Below, in pieces: positions 8,665-18,016 of a stretch of DNA of 64,000 nt. The position numbers and the translations under genes are program-made. Below the pieces are notes generated by a model. That model was not told the DNA's origin, did no database searches, and saw only the letters and a list, made by a program, of their open reading frames with translations. The first letter of the stretch is position 1. Each line of letters starts with the position of its first letter. The DNA is from a virus (taxonomy: Duplodnaviria > Heunggongvirae > Uroviricota > Caudoviricetes): the IMG/VR virus record IMGVR_UViG_3300035703_000003, one strand, 5' to 3'.

Positions 8665-8708
8665 ACACCCTCGGTAATACTTTAATATAGTATTTAGCCC
8701 GAGGGTGT
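8665..8708 (-). promoter_or_regulatory. SD-sequestering hairpin containing a TAAATA late-promoter motif
   Basis: acaccctcgg (8665-8674) is the inverted repeat of ccgagggtgt (8699-8708); TAAATA at 8691-8696 on the minus strand. Confidence 0.6.
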
Positions 8709-8719
8709 ATGGTTTACTA

Positions 8720-9637
8720 TTATGCGTTAGTAATTTTAGCAACAGTTGAAGTTGCAGTGCCTAGTGTCCACGGAACGCTTCTACCAGTTGTGAATACTGT
8801 ACCTGTTCCCTGAGTCAATGTTGCTCTACGAGCAGTTAACTTAGTTACATAATATGTATCACCTGCAGCGTCTGTAGCAACAATACTGCATTCACCTGCC
8901 GCATTCGCTAATGAAGATTGCAGTTGGACAATGCCAGTGCGAGTACCGTCTGTTACTTTATAACGGTTTGTGGAAACTTGACGCAATATGTCAACTTGTA
9001 CAGCCGAACCACCGGTTAAGAAACCAATCATTGTGATTGAGTTTTCTTGGTTTCCTGTAGTTCCTATAATACCACTGTCAGTACCAAGTACGGCTGTAGC
9101 AGCACCAGTGCCACCGCTAAATGTGATAGCTGCATCTGCTGCATCAGTATAACCAGAACCTTGTTCAGTAATAGTAATGTCTTTAACACGATATGTGATA
9201 GTTAGTGTAGCACCAGTGCCGCCTGCTGGAGCAACTGTTGTTGTTTTAGCACCAGTAGTTGTTGCAGTGAATGTACCACGATTTAGTGGTGTTACTGTTG
9301 CAACTGCAGTAGTCGACAATGTTGCTACTGTGAATGTAGCTGTTTGACCACCGTAAGTAACAGTTAGCACATCATTCACAGAGTAGCCTGACCCGCCTGC
9401 TGTTACAACTGCACTTAGTACTTCCATAACAGTAGTACCAGTAGCAGTAACACCGCCAACTGCTGCCTTGTCAGGTGCAGAAAACGTTACTGTTGGCTGG
9501 TCGGCACCTAGATATGAACCTGCAGTAGTAATAGTTACACTTGATACAAAACCACCGCCGATGCCGTTGTCTGCTGCTGTGCTTGCGGAACCGATATTGC
9601 GGTTACCGAAGAATTTCTTATTTAATGGACGCCCCAT
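8720..9637 (-). CDS. Putative virion structural protein (Thr/Gly/Ala-rich beta repeats)
   Basis: GSGY-type repeats, strong SD AAGGAG, TATAAATA upstream. Confidence 0.65.
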   Translation of the reverse strand: MGRPLNKKFFGNRNIGSASTAADNGIGGGFVSSVTITTAGSYLGADQPTVTFSAPDKAAVGGVTATGTTVMEVLSAVVTAGGSGYSVNDVLTVTYGGQTATFTVATLSTTAVATVTPLNRGTFTATTTGAKTTTVAPAGGTGATLTITYRVKDITITEQGSGYTDAADAAITFSGGTGAATAVLGTDSGIIGTTGNQENSITMIGFLTGGSAVQVDILRQVSTNRYKVTDGTRTGIVQLQSSLANAAGECSIVATDAAGDTYYVTKLTARRATLTQGTGTVFTTGRSVPWTLGTATSTVAKITNA

Positions 9638-9718
9638 TTTGTTTCTCCTTAATTTGACGTTCTAGGTCCTACGGGGTGGGAGCCCCATAACGCTGCAATT
9701 ATTACAGTTCCTATACAT

Positions 9719-9726
9719 TATTTATA
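9719..9726 (-). promoter_or_regulatory. T4-like late promoter TATAAATA
   Basis: Exact T4 late consensus upstream of a structural gene; TAAATA also at 10226, 14196, 14626, 15085, 18014, 18613, 24457, 52333 and 60353 (-) and at 24476 and 56662 (+). Confidence 0.55.
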
Positions 9727-10222
9727 AGATTGGACGTCTTATACCCAATGCATAACTTGCAGGATATAACTTAAAACTAACACTGTTGTTTTGATTGCCG
9801 CCTAACACCCAATACCATTTTTTGCCGTCTATATATACAGTGCTAGCATGTATACCTACATGTCCTTGCCAACTTTGACTTCCACGTGGAAATACAAGTA
9901 TGTCACCGGACTGCGCTACATTGACCGGGTGACCCCATTTTAAGAAACTTCTAGCTAACAACGGATTGTCGCTTACAGTACCAGACCCTTGTATGTCGTT
10001 CATATCTAATACTGCATTTACAAATGCAGCACACCACTCAGTTCTAACAGGATCCACACCAAGTGTTTCGGTCAACTGTCTTCTGTGATGCTTTTCTGAA
10101 AAACCAGTGAACTGTTCAGCAGTGCTGATAATTTCCTCGGAAGGAGTTTCTTTTGGTTTATCGAGTGTGAATAAAGGCGCACACCCTGTTATTAGTAAAC
10201 AAAATAAAATCACTCTCATCAC
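9722..10222 (-). CDS. TIGR02594-family NlpC/P60-CHAP-like cell-wall peptidase, lipoprotein
   Basis: Lipobox LITGC; WCAAFVN, ARSFLKWG, GHVG, VLGGNQNNSV. Confidence 0.85.
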   Translation of the reverse strand: MMRVILFCLLITGCAPLFTLDKPKETPSEEIISTAEQFTGFSEKHHRRQLTETLGVDPVRTEWCAAFVNAVLDMNDIQGSGTVSDNPLLARSFLKWGHPVNVAQSGDILVFPRGSQSWQGHVGIHASTVYIDGKKWYWVLGGNQNNSVSFKLYPASYALGIRRPIL

Positions 10223-10285
10223 ATGTATTTAAAGAAAAATCTAAAAATACACAGTGACAAGAGTGACGGATAAGCAAAAAGTTGC

Positions 10286-11122
10286 TTATTCAATAAACCA
10301 ATTTTTGATTACTAATAGAGGAACAGTGTTATCGATGTTAGTTCTGATTTCACTTGTAACTACGTTTACTTCAACTCCTTCGTTAATTTGTTTACTAAAA
10401 TTAACAATAAATGGGCTGTGCTTACGATCAACATGAATTTCGACAGCACCGATGTTAGACTCGCAAATGTAGTAATGGTTGTTACGCTGCGAAAACTCAA
10501 ATACATTCTTTACAAACAATTTACGATTTTTGTATTCTTCAGGATCGTAAGCAAAACGTTCACTTCTTGCAAAGTATGATACGTAGTTGTTGTAAATCGC
10601 AGTTTTAAGAAAAGGTGCAGCATTTGTTAACATGCCCTCTACACTTACATTTTCACTAAGTCGATCACATGTAGTATCAATACGATACTGTAGTTCTAAC
10701 CACAATGCAAACCTAATCATTTTGTCGATTTGTTCATGTCGAGAAGTCTTGTTAGTTGTTCCGCTAAACACATCTCTATCGACATTTTTACTTTTTTCAA
10801 AAATAAAGTCTTTAAGATTTTCTCTAAAACCACTAAGGCTAAATTGACACAACGTAGCTCGAATAAACTGTTCTCGATAATAGTTCCAAATTGTTTCTGC
10901 TTCAGATTTACTCAGTTTAGGATTGGATAAACAAAACAAATCAAAGTTAGTGGTTTTACTCGGAATACACTTAAATGTATGCCCAGTTCCATTAACTGTG
11001 TAAGTGTGCATCTCTTTGTCTATGCTATCATCAATTCCTTGTCCATACAACGTTGCACCAGGATTATTATACTGCCGAGTTACTGCAGTTACAGTTGCTA
11101 CAGCTGGATTAAAAAAAGACAT
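10286..11122 (-). CDS. Hypothetical protein
   Basis: 278-aa ORF with SD, in operon. Confidence 0.7.
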   Translation of the reverse strand: MSFFNPAVATVTAVTRQYNNPGATLYGQGIDDSIDKEMHTYTVNGTGHTFKCIPSKTTNFDLFCLSNPKLSKSEAETIWNYYREQFIRATLCQFSLSGFRENLKDFIFEKSKNVDRDVFSGTTNKTSRHEQIDKMIRFALWLELQYRIDTTCDRLSENVSVEGMLTNAAPFLKTAIYNNYVSYFARSERFAYDPEEYKNRKLFVKNVFEFSQRNNHYYICESNIGAVEIHVDRKHSPFIVNFSKQINEGVEVNVVTSEIRTNIDNTVPLLVIKNWFIE

Positions 11123-11129
11123 TATTCCC

Positions 11130-11567
11130 TCAAAAGTCGTCGTTGAAAATTAGATTTTGTTGTTTTACTGATCCGAGCTTTGCAGCAATTTTATAGTTGT
11201 TCCATGCTTCTTCTGCTGCGGGATTATCAGCAAGCCCATCCGGAGTCAAAATAAGATCATACCAATAAAAATCTAGCCTTGGAGGAAAAGCACCGAACTG
11301 TCTTGGTTGATGAAGTTTTCCTTGCTTTTTAAGTTGGATACAGATTTTCCTAAATGCTAGTTCGTCGGTATAACCCCACCACTCAGGGTGACTCCACATA
11401 CTGCCTGAGGTATTACCTCCGCCATAACCTTTCCAAATCTGTGTCCATTGGCTATCATTTTCGGGATCGAAATCAGTCCGTGCTATAATTGCAAGAACAT
11501 CCTTTTCGTCTACCCGTTTATCGAAGATGTCTTTTACACAACGACTTAAACTTAACCCGACCTTCAT
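11130..11567 (-). CDS. Conserved phage hypothetical protein
   Basis: MKVGLSLSRCVKDI..GKLHQPRQFGA; coupled to upstream gene. Confidence 0.7.
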   Translation of the reverse strand: MKVGLSLSRCVKDIFDKRVDEKDVLAIIARTDFDPENDSQWTQIWKGYGGGNTSGSMWSHPEWWGYTDELAFRKICIQLKKQGKLHQPRQFGAFPPRLDFYWYDLILTPDGLADNPAAEEAWNNYKIAAKLGSVKQQNLIFNDDF

Positions 11568-11797
11568 TCGTTAACCTCGTTTTGTTTACGGTTTTTACTG
11601 TAGTTTACAGTTGCGTTCCAAAACCAAACCAACCCATAACAAAAGATAGCCAACACTGTTGCTAAGATATTAACAACGCCAATGACTATAATTGTTGCTG
11701 CGATTGTCAACCACCAATCGTTTTCGGCATAGGATTGGTAGTATACTATACCAAAGATTGCAGCATACAATGCCAAGTTCCAAATTTGTTCTTTCAT
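11564..11797 (-). CDS. Small two-TM membrane protein
   Basis: Two hydrophobic stretches. Confidence 0.6.
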   Translation of the reverse strand: MKEQIWNLALYAAIFGIVYYQSYAENDWWLTIAATIIVIGVVNILATVLAIFCYGLVWFWNATVNYSKNRKQNEVNE

Positions 11798-12150
11798 TTC
11801 ACTTGTTCCTTTTTTGCCCAGTAATCGGCTTTGAATTGTTTTACATCTACAACTGCACTCTTAAGAGTCTCGGCATAATTGATAGCAACTTGTTCTTTCA
11901 AAACAATGGTTGTTTGCATTTCTGCATATCCTTTGGTAAGGATTTGCCAAATTTGCTGCCAACGATTCTTTTCCCACCACTTGGTATGGTTCTTTACATA
12001 GATGTGAACACTAACGTCAACATCGTCTGCTTCAACATTTAGTTCGTGCGAACAATCGTCGCCACCGCACTCGCATCGAATGTGATACCACTTGCTATCG
12101 CCCCACTCGCTGGTCTTTAGAATGCCTTCTGCTGGCTTTTCTGCGTTCAT
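11794..12150 (-). CDS. Hypothetical protein (probable start MNAEKP)
   Basis: ATGA overlap with the uvsE stop; CECGGDDCSH motif. Confidence 0.6.
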   Translation of the reverse strand: MNAEKPAEGILKTSEWGDSKWYHIRCECGGDDCSHELNVEADDVDVSVHIYVKNHTKWWEKNRWQQIWQILTKGYAEMQTTIVLKEQVAINYAETLKSAVVDVKQFKADYWAKKEQVK

Positions 12151-13166
12151 TTCATATTCCATTGATTGTAGAGTTGCTGGCTTGCTAGATTTTTCATCTT
12201 TGCTTCTACCATAATATCGAATTCTTCCCAAAAAGTCAAGGCCCAATCGTTACATGCTGTATTCCAGCAATAGTCACTGTGGGCCCTTAGCTTCGCTTTT
12301 TTGTAACCTTCTTGGAGGAGCGTTTCGTAGTCTGGGCGTAGATTTGTTTTAGCTGTGGGAATAACGTCTTCACGGCTAATGCTATAATGAAGAACGGGCC
12401 TAATACCCCGCCAACTATCAATAACTTTTCTAATACGTTCATCTGTTACCTCAATATACTCGCCTGTTTTAACCCAATGATGATGGATATCGACTACGAG
12501 TGCAACATCGTTCATTAGCTCTAAGCTAGCTTCGAGACCCCAACTGTTTTCGTCGTTTTCGATAGTGATACAGTTTCTTGCTTCTGGAGACAATCGTGGA
12601 AGGATGTTTTTGATACCGGCTGGACCTCTTTTGCCGGAGATGTGGACGTTACACTTGAAGTCTTGCCAATTGCGACCGTAGCCCATCCACCTGATGATAT
12701 CCGCATGATATTCAAATTCCTCTAGTGAGTTTGCGACAATGCTGTCATTATCGGAAGCCAGAACGGTGAACTGCCCAGGGTGAAAAGACAAGCGAACATC
12801 AAGGCTACGTGCAATTTCGCCAACATACGAGTATTTTCGTTCGAGCCATGTTCGGACACTTTCTTGCCGATAAAAATAATCCCAATCACGGTGAGTATAA
12901 GCAGGAAGAAGACCTGAGCCAATACGAACCATACGTAGCTCGGGCTGTAGAGATCCAACATATCTGATTAGCCTTTCTAATGCTGCAACATTGTGTTCAA
13001 TAATTTCTTGCAACCGCTGTTCTGCAACGTTGCGCTTTTGATTATTCAGCCAAGTGATAGTTGTAGTTTTTTCGTTATATGGTCGCTGAATATCTTCTAG
13101 TAGTTTAGACTTAAGATTCTGGTTGTGATGCATATATTTACATGCAAATCCGATGCGCTTAGTCAA
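12147..13166 (-). CDS. uvsE: UV DNA damage repair endonuclease
   Basis: RIGFACK, RLSFHPGQFTVLAS, NVHISG, ITIENDE, DIHHHW, RAHSD; TTG start with GAGGA SD. Confidence 0.92.
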   Translation of the reverse strand: MTKRIGFACKYMHHNQNLKSKLLEDIQRPYNEKTTTITWLNNQKRNVAEQRLQEIIEHNVAALERLIRYVGSLQPELRMVRIGSGLLPAYTHRDWDYFYRQESVRTWLERKYSYVGEIARSLDVRLSFHPGQFTVLASDNDSIVANSLEEFEYHADIIRWMGYGRNWQDFKCNVHISGKRGPAGIKNILPRLSPEARNCITIENDENSWGLEASLELMNDVALVVDIHHHWVKTGEYIEVTDERIRKVIDSWRGIRPVLHYSISREDVIPTAKTNLRPDYETLLQEGYKKAKLRAHSDYCWNTACNDWALTFWEEFDIMVEAKMKNLASQQLYNQWNMK

Positions 13167-13235
13167 CAGAGCTATCCTCAATATACTACGGTTACTTTAT
13201 AAACATAGCATAAAAGATAAGAAAGTCAACCTACT

Positions 13236-13790
13236 TCAAAATTTACTTGTGTTTTTACTATAGTAATCTACTAAGTCTTTATCGCTACGTTGCAAGTATC
13301 GTTTGTAACTTTCTGGTAAGTCATCCCATGGACGCATACATGGATGTGTTTTATTGGCGATGTCTAAATCTAAACCAAAGCGCCAACCTTTTTCCATTTG
13401 TTCAAGTATCCATGCATTGTGTGCTTTTCTTGAAACTGCATCTAACAGTATATTTCTTGCTTCGTCATCCATTGAAATATCATATTCAAATGGAATTCCA
13501 AAGTTTGCATTTGCTTGATACACATTACTTGTTTCAATTTCAAAGTCATGTGTTGTAACACGCATATATCCTTCAACGATTTTCTCAGCTTCGTCTGCAC
13601 TAAGATGTCTTACTAGAGGAATAATATATAGATATTTGTTTAGATGAATTCCTAGCATTAAGCTAGTAGTATCATCGTCTCCTGCTAATATGCCATCTGG
13701 TGCTAACAAGTTAACAGTGTAATACCACTTTTTAACTTCGTCTGCTTTTAACGGGCTGTCTGATCGTTGAAGGATATAAAAGTCTTGCAT
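13236..13790 (-). CDS. RyR-domain protein
   Basis: AHNAW...GWRFG....KTHPCMRPWDDLPESYK. Confidence 0.75.
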   Translation of the reverse strand: MQDFYILQRSDSPLKADEVKKWYYTVNLLAPDGILAGDDDTTSLMLGIHLNKYLYIIPLVRHLSADEAEKIVEGYMRVTTHDFEIETSNVYQANANFGIPFEYDISMDDEARNILLDAVSRKAHNAWILEQMEKGWRFGLDLDIANKTHPCMRPWDDLPESYKRYLQRSDKDLVDYYSKNTSKF

Positions 13791-13805
13791 ATTGTTACTT
13801 ATCTA

Positions 13806-14165
13806 TTAGGTTTCGTCGCTGCTTGATCTAGTGCTAGTGTATGCTTGTGAACCATAGAACGCTGCAACAATTGCTGCTACTGAAACGAAATATGTTGGTG
13901 CCATATCTCCTAATATACCAGGTGCTGCATCTAGTCCTAGCCAATTTGCTCCTATAACTGCCGCTGGATATAGTAGCATACCGAACAGTGCAAACCATGC
14001 CATGTTGCGTTGTGCATCTTCACGCTTGTCTTGGTTTTCAATTTGTATCATTTTTTCCTGTGCTGCGATTTCAGAATCTGTAACCACACCATCACCGTCA
14101 ACATCAAATGCTTCGTATTTTGATCCTGACTCTAGTGTCTTTGGTCCTCTTGGTGCTCGTGCCAT
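13806..14165 (-). CDS. EF-hand two-TM membrane protein (possible holin)
   Basis: DVDGDGVVTDSE canonical EF loop followed by two TM helices. Confidence 0.6.
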   Translation of the reverse strand: MARAPRGPKTLESGSKYEAFDVDGDGVVTDSEIAAQEKMIQIENQDKREDAQRNMAWFALFGMLLYPAAVIGANWLGLDAAPGILGDMAPTYFVSVAAIVAAFYGSQAYTSTRSSSDET

Positions 14166-14221
14166 TGGGTGTCACTCCTTGTTTACTCTCTACTATATTT
14201 ATTTGATTTACTGTATACAAT

Positions 14222-14245
14222 AAAAAAGGGCCCATACGAGCCCTT
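14222..14245 (-). terminator. Rho-independent terminator
   Basis: AAGGGCTC-GTAT-GGGCCCTTTTTT on the minus strand. Confidence 0.75.
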
Positions 14246-14274
14246 AATTATGCGTTTTTACTGAATGCAGTAAA

Positions 14275-14607
14275 TTAGAATGTGTATGCTACAACTGTTG
14301 CTGCACTTGCATCATAGCTATTAGTTCCTACTGTAGAACCTAATGCTCTGATAGCAGTTTGTAATGCGGCTGCAGTCCAGCTACTAGTTTGTAACATTAC
14401 ACGGAAACCACCAGAGCTATCTTCTGCACCAACTGCAAGAATAGTTGCATCTTCATTGATAACTCTCATAATGTATTCCATAGCTTCGCCTGGATTTGTT
14501 TCATTTGCAAGTGTTGCACCGCCGTCGATTGTGTAGCACTGAATTTCGCCGCCAATGCCGTTGAAGTGTCCGAATGCAATTAAGTTATTAGGATTGCGTT
14601 CTACCAT
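14275..14607 (-). CDS. Putative small virion protein (paralog of 14690-15046)
   Basis: Shared ALQTAIRALG motif; own late-promoter motif and terminator. Confidence 0.65.
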   Translation of the reverse strand: MVERNPNNLIAFGHFNGIGGEIQCYTIDGGATLANETNPGEAMEYIMRVINEDATILAVGAEDSSGGFRVMLQTSSWTAAALQTAIRALGSTVGTNSYDASAATVVAYTF

Positions 14608-14638
14608 AATATATCTCCTTTAATATATTTATTGAAAT

Positions 14639-14667
14639 AAAAAAAGCCCCGCATGAAGCGAGGCTTT
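14639..14667 (-). terminator. Rho-independent terminator
   Basis: AAAGCCTCGC-TTCAT-GCGGGGCTTTTTTT on the minus strand. Confidence 0.75.
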
Positions 14668-14689
14668 AGTATTTTTACTAATTTAGATA

Positions 14690-15046
14690 TTAGCTAACTG
14701 CTGCCGCTGTTAGGATACCTAGTTTAGTTGCAGTTACAGTTGCACCCGATAGGTCAACGCTGTCGTATGTACCTAGTGCTCTGATCGCAGTTTGTAGTGC
14801 AGTAAGTTCTGTTGATGACATATCACGCTCTACAGCAAATGTTTGCTGGGTGTTAGTGTCTACAAGTGGACCTGCTGCGATGATTGTAGCAACGTTCATA
14901 ATAGTGTTTAGAACTGCTACTTGTGCGCCTTCTGGACCTGCAGAACCGTTGATTGCGTTAATGTAGTCAACTGTGAAGAATGTGATTTCCTTACCAATTA
15001 CTTCATAGTTAGTTGTAGTTGCTGTTGGGTTTACTTTAGTAACCAT
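14690..15046 (-). CDS. Putative small virion protein
   Basis: ALQTAIRALG motif; AGGAG SD; TAAATA upstream. Confidence 0.65.
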   Translation of the reverse strand: MVTKVNPTATTTNYEVIGKEITFFTVDYINAINGSAGPEGAQVAVLNTIMNVATIIAAGPLVDTNTQQTFAVERDMSSTELTALQTAIRALGTYDSVDLSGATVTATKLGILTAAAVS

Positions 15047-15098
15047 AATTTAATCTCCTAAGATATGTTTGCGCTGTGCGCTTATATTTATTTATCAT

Positions 15099-17042
15099 TT
15101 ACTGATGATTTATGCTAGTTGTCTTTACAAAAGCAGTCCATCTGACAGATTCGCCAGATTCACCTGTTACTTTTACCACAATAGTATCATTAGTATTGTC
15201 CGCTTCGACTACTACACTCCAAGTATTATCTACTTGTGCAAAGATAGTTTGATTGTTTGTGTTTACTAATACAGTGTTATTACTAGTTTTATCCATAACA
15301 CCCTGAATCTTAATAACTGAATGTTTTGTTCCTGTGATATTTCTTCCGATAATATCTACTTCAAACATCATAGTTGAATTGTTAGCTAATGTTATTCTTG
15401 TGCTTGATGGATCTAAAAATAATTCTCTTTGTGTTCCGTTTGATGTGCTACCATATAGCACATGCATTGAATGCTCTATTAATGCAGCACTAGGATTTGT
15501 TAAAATTATTTCGCTTGTATTAAAGGTTGCATTTCCGCTAACAGTTAACGACCCGTTAGTATCTAAGTTTGTAGAAAATACAGTATCCCAACGCTTTAGC
15601 GATGAACCTAAACTATAAGTTGATGTCGAGTCTGGCGTTATGTTGCTAGAAATATCAGCGTTAACAGTAATATTATCACTTGTATCGCTACCTAATATAA
15701 CATCTCCACTAAATGTAGCAGTATTTGTTACGTCAAGCGTTCCAGTGACACTAGCATTAGCTACTCGAATGTTTGCATCAGTAAGAGTTAAGTTTCCGCT
15801 TGAACTACCAGTAAATGTGCCAGTTCCGATGGTAAACACGTCGGCACTTTCGTCCCAACCGAAGAATACATTATTCTCGTCGCCACGCTCAATAATAACA
15901 CCACTATCGCCGCCGGGTGCGCCTGTTGTGCCGGTAGCCAACTCGATTAGTTTATCAGACACTGTCATATTAGTTGTATTGATAATAGTAGCAGTTCCGC
16001 TTACAGTAAGATCACCTGCAACAGAAATGTTACCGCCAACTGTTAAGTTATCGCCAATACCAACACCTCCCGCAACTACAATTGCACCAGTGATTGCACT
16101 ACTACTATTAGTATTGTCAGTAACGTTTATTGTTGAATTAAATTCTGTTGGGTTGTTAAATGTTTGTTCGGCATTAAATGTTTTTTCGCCAGTAATAGTT
16201 TGTGCAGTATCAAGTGTTACAAAGTTTCCTGATAAGTTGGTTACTGCACCACCTTGGAAATAAATTGCTTTAGATGAACTTAGTTTAAAGAAAGCCGGAA
16301 CAACTCGTTGACCAGATGTTGGCGCAGTAGTTGTTAGTTTTCCTGGATTTGCATTATCCCAATAAAAATATGGACCAGCACCTGCAAGTGCAAGGTCTAC
16401 AATGCTTCCGGTAGGTCTATATCTAAAACTGCCAGTAATAGGATTGTCAATTTCAGTTACAGTTCCTACCCATATTGCATTTGTAGTTAGCAACTGGTAA
16501 GTGCTAGTTCCGGTATTGTATGTAATTAAATCGCCTACTACAAATGAATGTGCTTGTGTAACATCAATCAGTTTACTTTGTCTTAAGTATTCAAATCTGC
16601 TTTGTATTTCACTAGCATAATCTTTAATAAAGCCCACTACTTCGGTGCTTTGATCGCCATATGGAAATAGTATAGGCTTGCCTTCGATTACTTCAAATAC
16701 AACACCAGTGTTGCTAGTAATATATGCATCACTGTTACCAGTCGGGTCTTGCTGTTGATTTTGTCTAAACTCGTCTTCTACAGTAACTGATGCTGCACTT
16801 GTGCTTTGACTTGCAATCGCAACAATTTTCATTATACGACCACCGGGCTCTGTTGCTACATAATCACCTACATTAAGATCGGTTAAATCATACATGCCAC
16901 CTAAACTTGCATCGCTATGTATTTGTGGGTTAACCATTGTAAGAGAACCAGTAAACTGGTATATCTTACCGTCAACATCTGCAGCTTGCGGTGTTCCTAA
17001 TGCAAAGTGGATTGGTAATAATTTCGCTGGTCTTATTAACAT
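15099..17042 (-). CDS. Tail fibre/baseplate-associated structural protein
   Basis: AQTITGEKTF, GAIVVAGGVGIGDNL, YSLGSSLKRWD fibre-type motifs. Confidence 0.7.
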   Translation of the reverse strand: MLIRPAKLLPIHFALGTPQAADVDGKIYQFTGSLTMVNPQIHSDASLGGMYDLTDLNVGDYVATEPGGRIMKIVAIASQSTSAASVTVEDEFRQNQQQDPTGNSDAYITSNTGVVFEVIEGKPILFPYGDQSTEVVGFIKDYASEIQSRFEYLRQSKLIDVTQAHSFVVGDLITYNTGTSTYQLLTTNAIWVGTVTEIDNPITGSFRYRPTGSIVDLALAGAGPYFYWDNANPGKLTTTAPTSGQRVVPAFFKLSSSKAIYFQGGAVTNLSGNFVTLDTAQTITGEKTFNAEQTFNNPTEFNSTINVTDNTNSSSAITGAIVVAGGVGIGDNLTVGGNISVAGDLTVSGTATIINTTNMTVSDKLIELATGTTGAPGGDSGVIIERGDENNVFFGWDESADVFTIGTGTFTGSSSGNLTLTDANIRVANASVTGTLDVTNTATFSGDVILGSDTSDNITVNADISSNITPDSTSTYSLGSSLKRWDTVFSTNLDTNGSLTVSGNATFNTSEIILTNPSAALIEHSMHVLYGSTSNGTQRELFLDPSSTRITLANNSTMMFEVDIIGRNITGTKHSVIKIQGVMDKTSNNTVLVNTNNQTIFAQVDNTWSVVVEADNTNDTIVVKVTGESGESVRWTAFVKTTSINHQ

Positions 17043-17043
17043 A

Positions 17044-17979
17044 TTAGAATATCACATTTACTTTTGCACTACCATTCGGGTCAGCGCCTGTTGCAGTTGA
17101 GTTAACATTTAGTTTGAATCGTGTTGTTTCGAAACCCTCTGGCACGGTGGCTTGGAAACCACTAGTAGGAAATCTTAACTGCCATCCATTTGTTGGATCA
17201 GACCCCCAATAACTAATATTTTTGACCATAACACCTGCAGTATGTGTTATAGTAATGTTATTACCTGATACTGAAGAAGACCACCCTGTCGGCAATCCAG
17301 ACACAGAAGATACATTGCCGCTGCCGTCAAAGCCGATTGTAAACTGATATGTAAAGCCTGTGTTTGGCGCACTGCCTGTTGCTATAGTTACTTCGGTGCT
17401 AGAGGATGTAATAGTAACATTTGATCCTGCAACTAGACTTTTGAATTGTAAGTCGTATGTGCTTTTTTGGGCAAATAATCCAGTCCCAGTTCCTACATTG
17501 CTTGCAGTGTTGATTTCTGCAGTATTGACAAATTCAACTTCGTTGCCTGTTCCGCTTGCAGAGATTGTAAGATTAATATTGCCTGTTCCGGCTTTTAAAG
17601 ATCGTAGCTGTATATTGTCGCCAGACTTACTAGTAAAAATTCCGGTTCCGGTTCCGATGTTTACTGCACTTGTATTTGCACCGCTTGTTGCTACTGTGAT
17701 ACCAGTTGCGCTCTGAGTTAGTGTAATACCGGCACCTGCAACTAGTGTTCTGAATTCTAAGTTGCCATTTGTTTCTTGTTTGAATACTTCATAACCTGCA
17801 CCTAAGTTAGATGCACTTAAAACAAATCCTGCACCTGATAATGTTAGTGCTTGATTTTCAAACTTACCAGTTGTTGCATTATATTGTAATATCTGGTCTT
17901 GTGCGAGTGTTGTTTGATCTATGTCTACTAACGGTATCAGTAGATTTCTGAGTGTAGAACTTTGTGCATAAATGGGCAT
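17044..17979 (-). CDS. Tail fibre-like structural protein with three repeats of about 50 aa
   Basis: ASNLGAGYEVFKQ..LEFRTLVAG / AVNIGTGTGIFTS..IQLRSLKAG / ASNVGTGTGLFAQ..LQFKSLVAG. Confidence 0.7.
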   Translation of the reverse strand: MPIYAQSSTLRNLLIPLVDIDQTTLAQDQILQYNATTGKFENQALTLSGAGFVLSASNLGAGYEVFKQETNGNLEFRTLVAGAGITLTQSATGITVATSGANTSAVNIGTGTGIFTSKSGDNIQLRSLKAGTGNINLTISASGTGNEVEFVNTAEINTASNVGTGTGLFAQKSTYDLQFKSLVAGSNVTITSSSTEVTIATGSAPNTGFTYQFTIGFDGSGNVSSVSGLPTGWSSSVSGNNITITHTAGVMVKNISYWGSDPTNGWQLRFPTSGFQATVPEGFETTRFKLNVNSTATGADPNGSAKVNVIF

Positions 17980-18016
17980 ATCTGTTTCCTAAACATTTAC
18001 TGTTGTTATACAGTAT

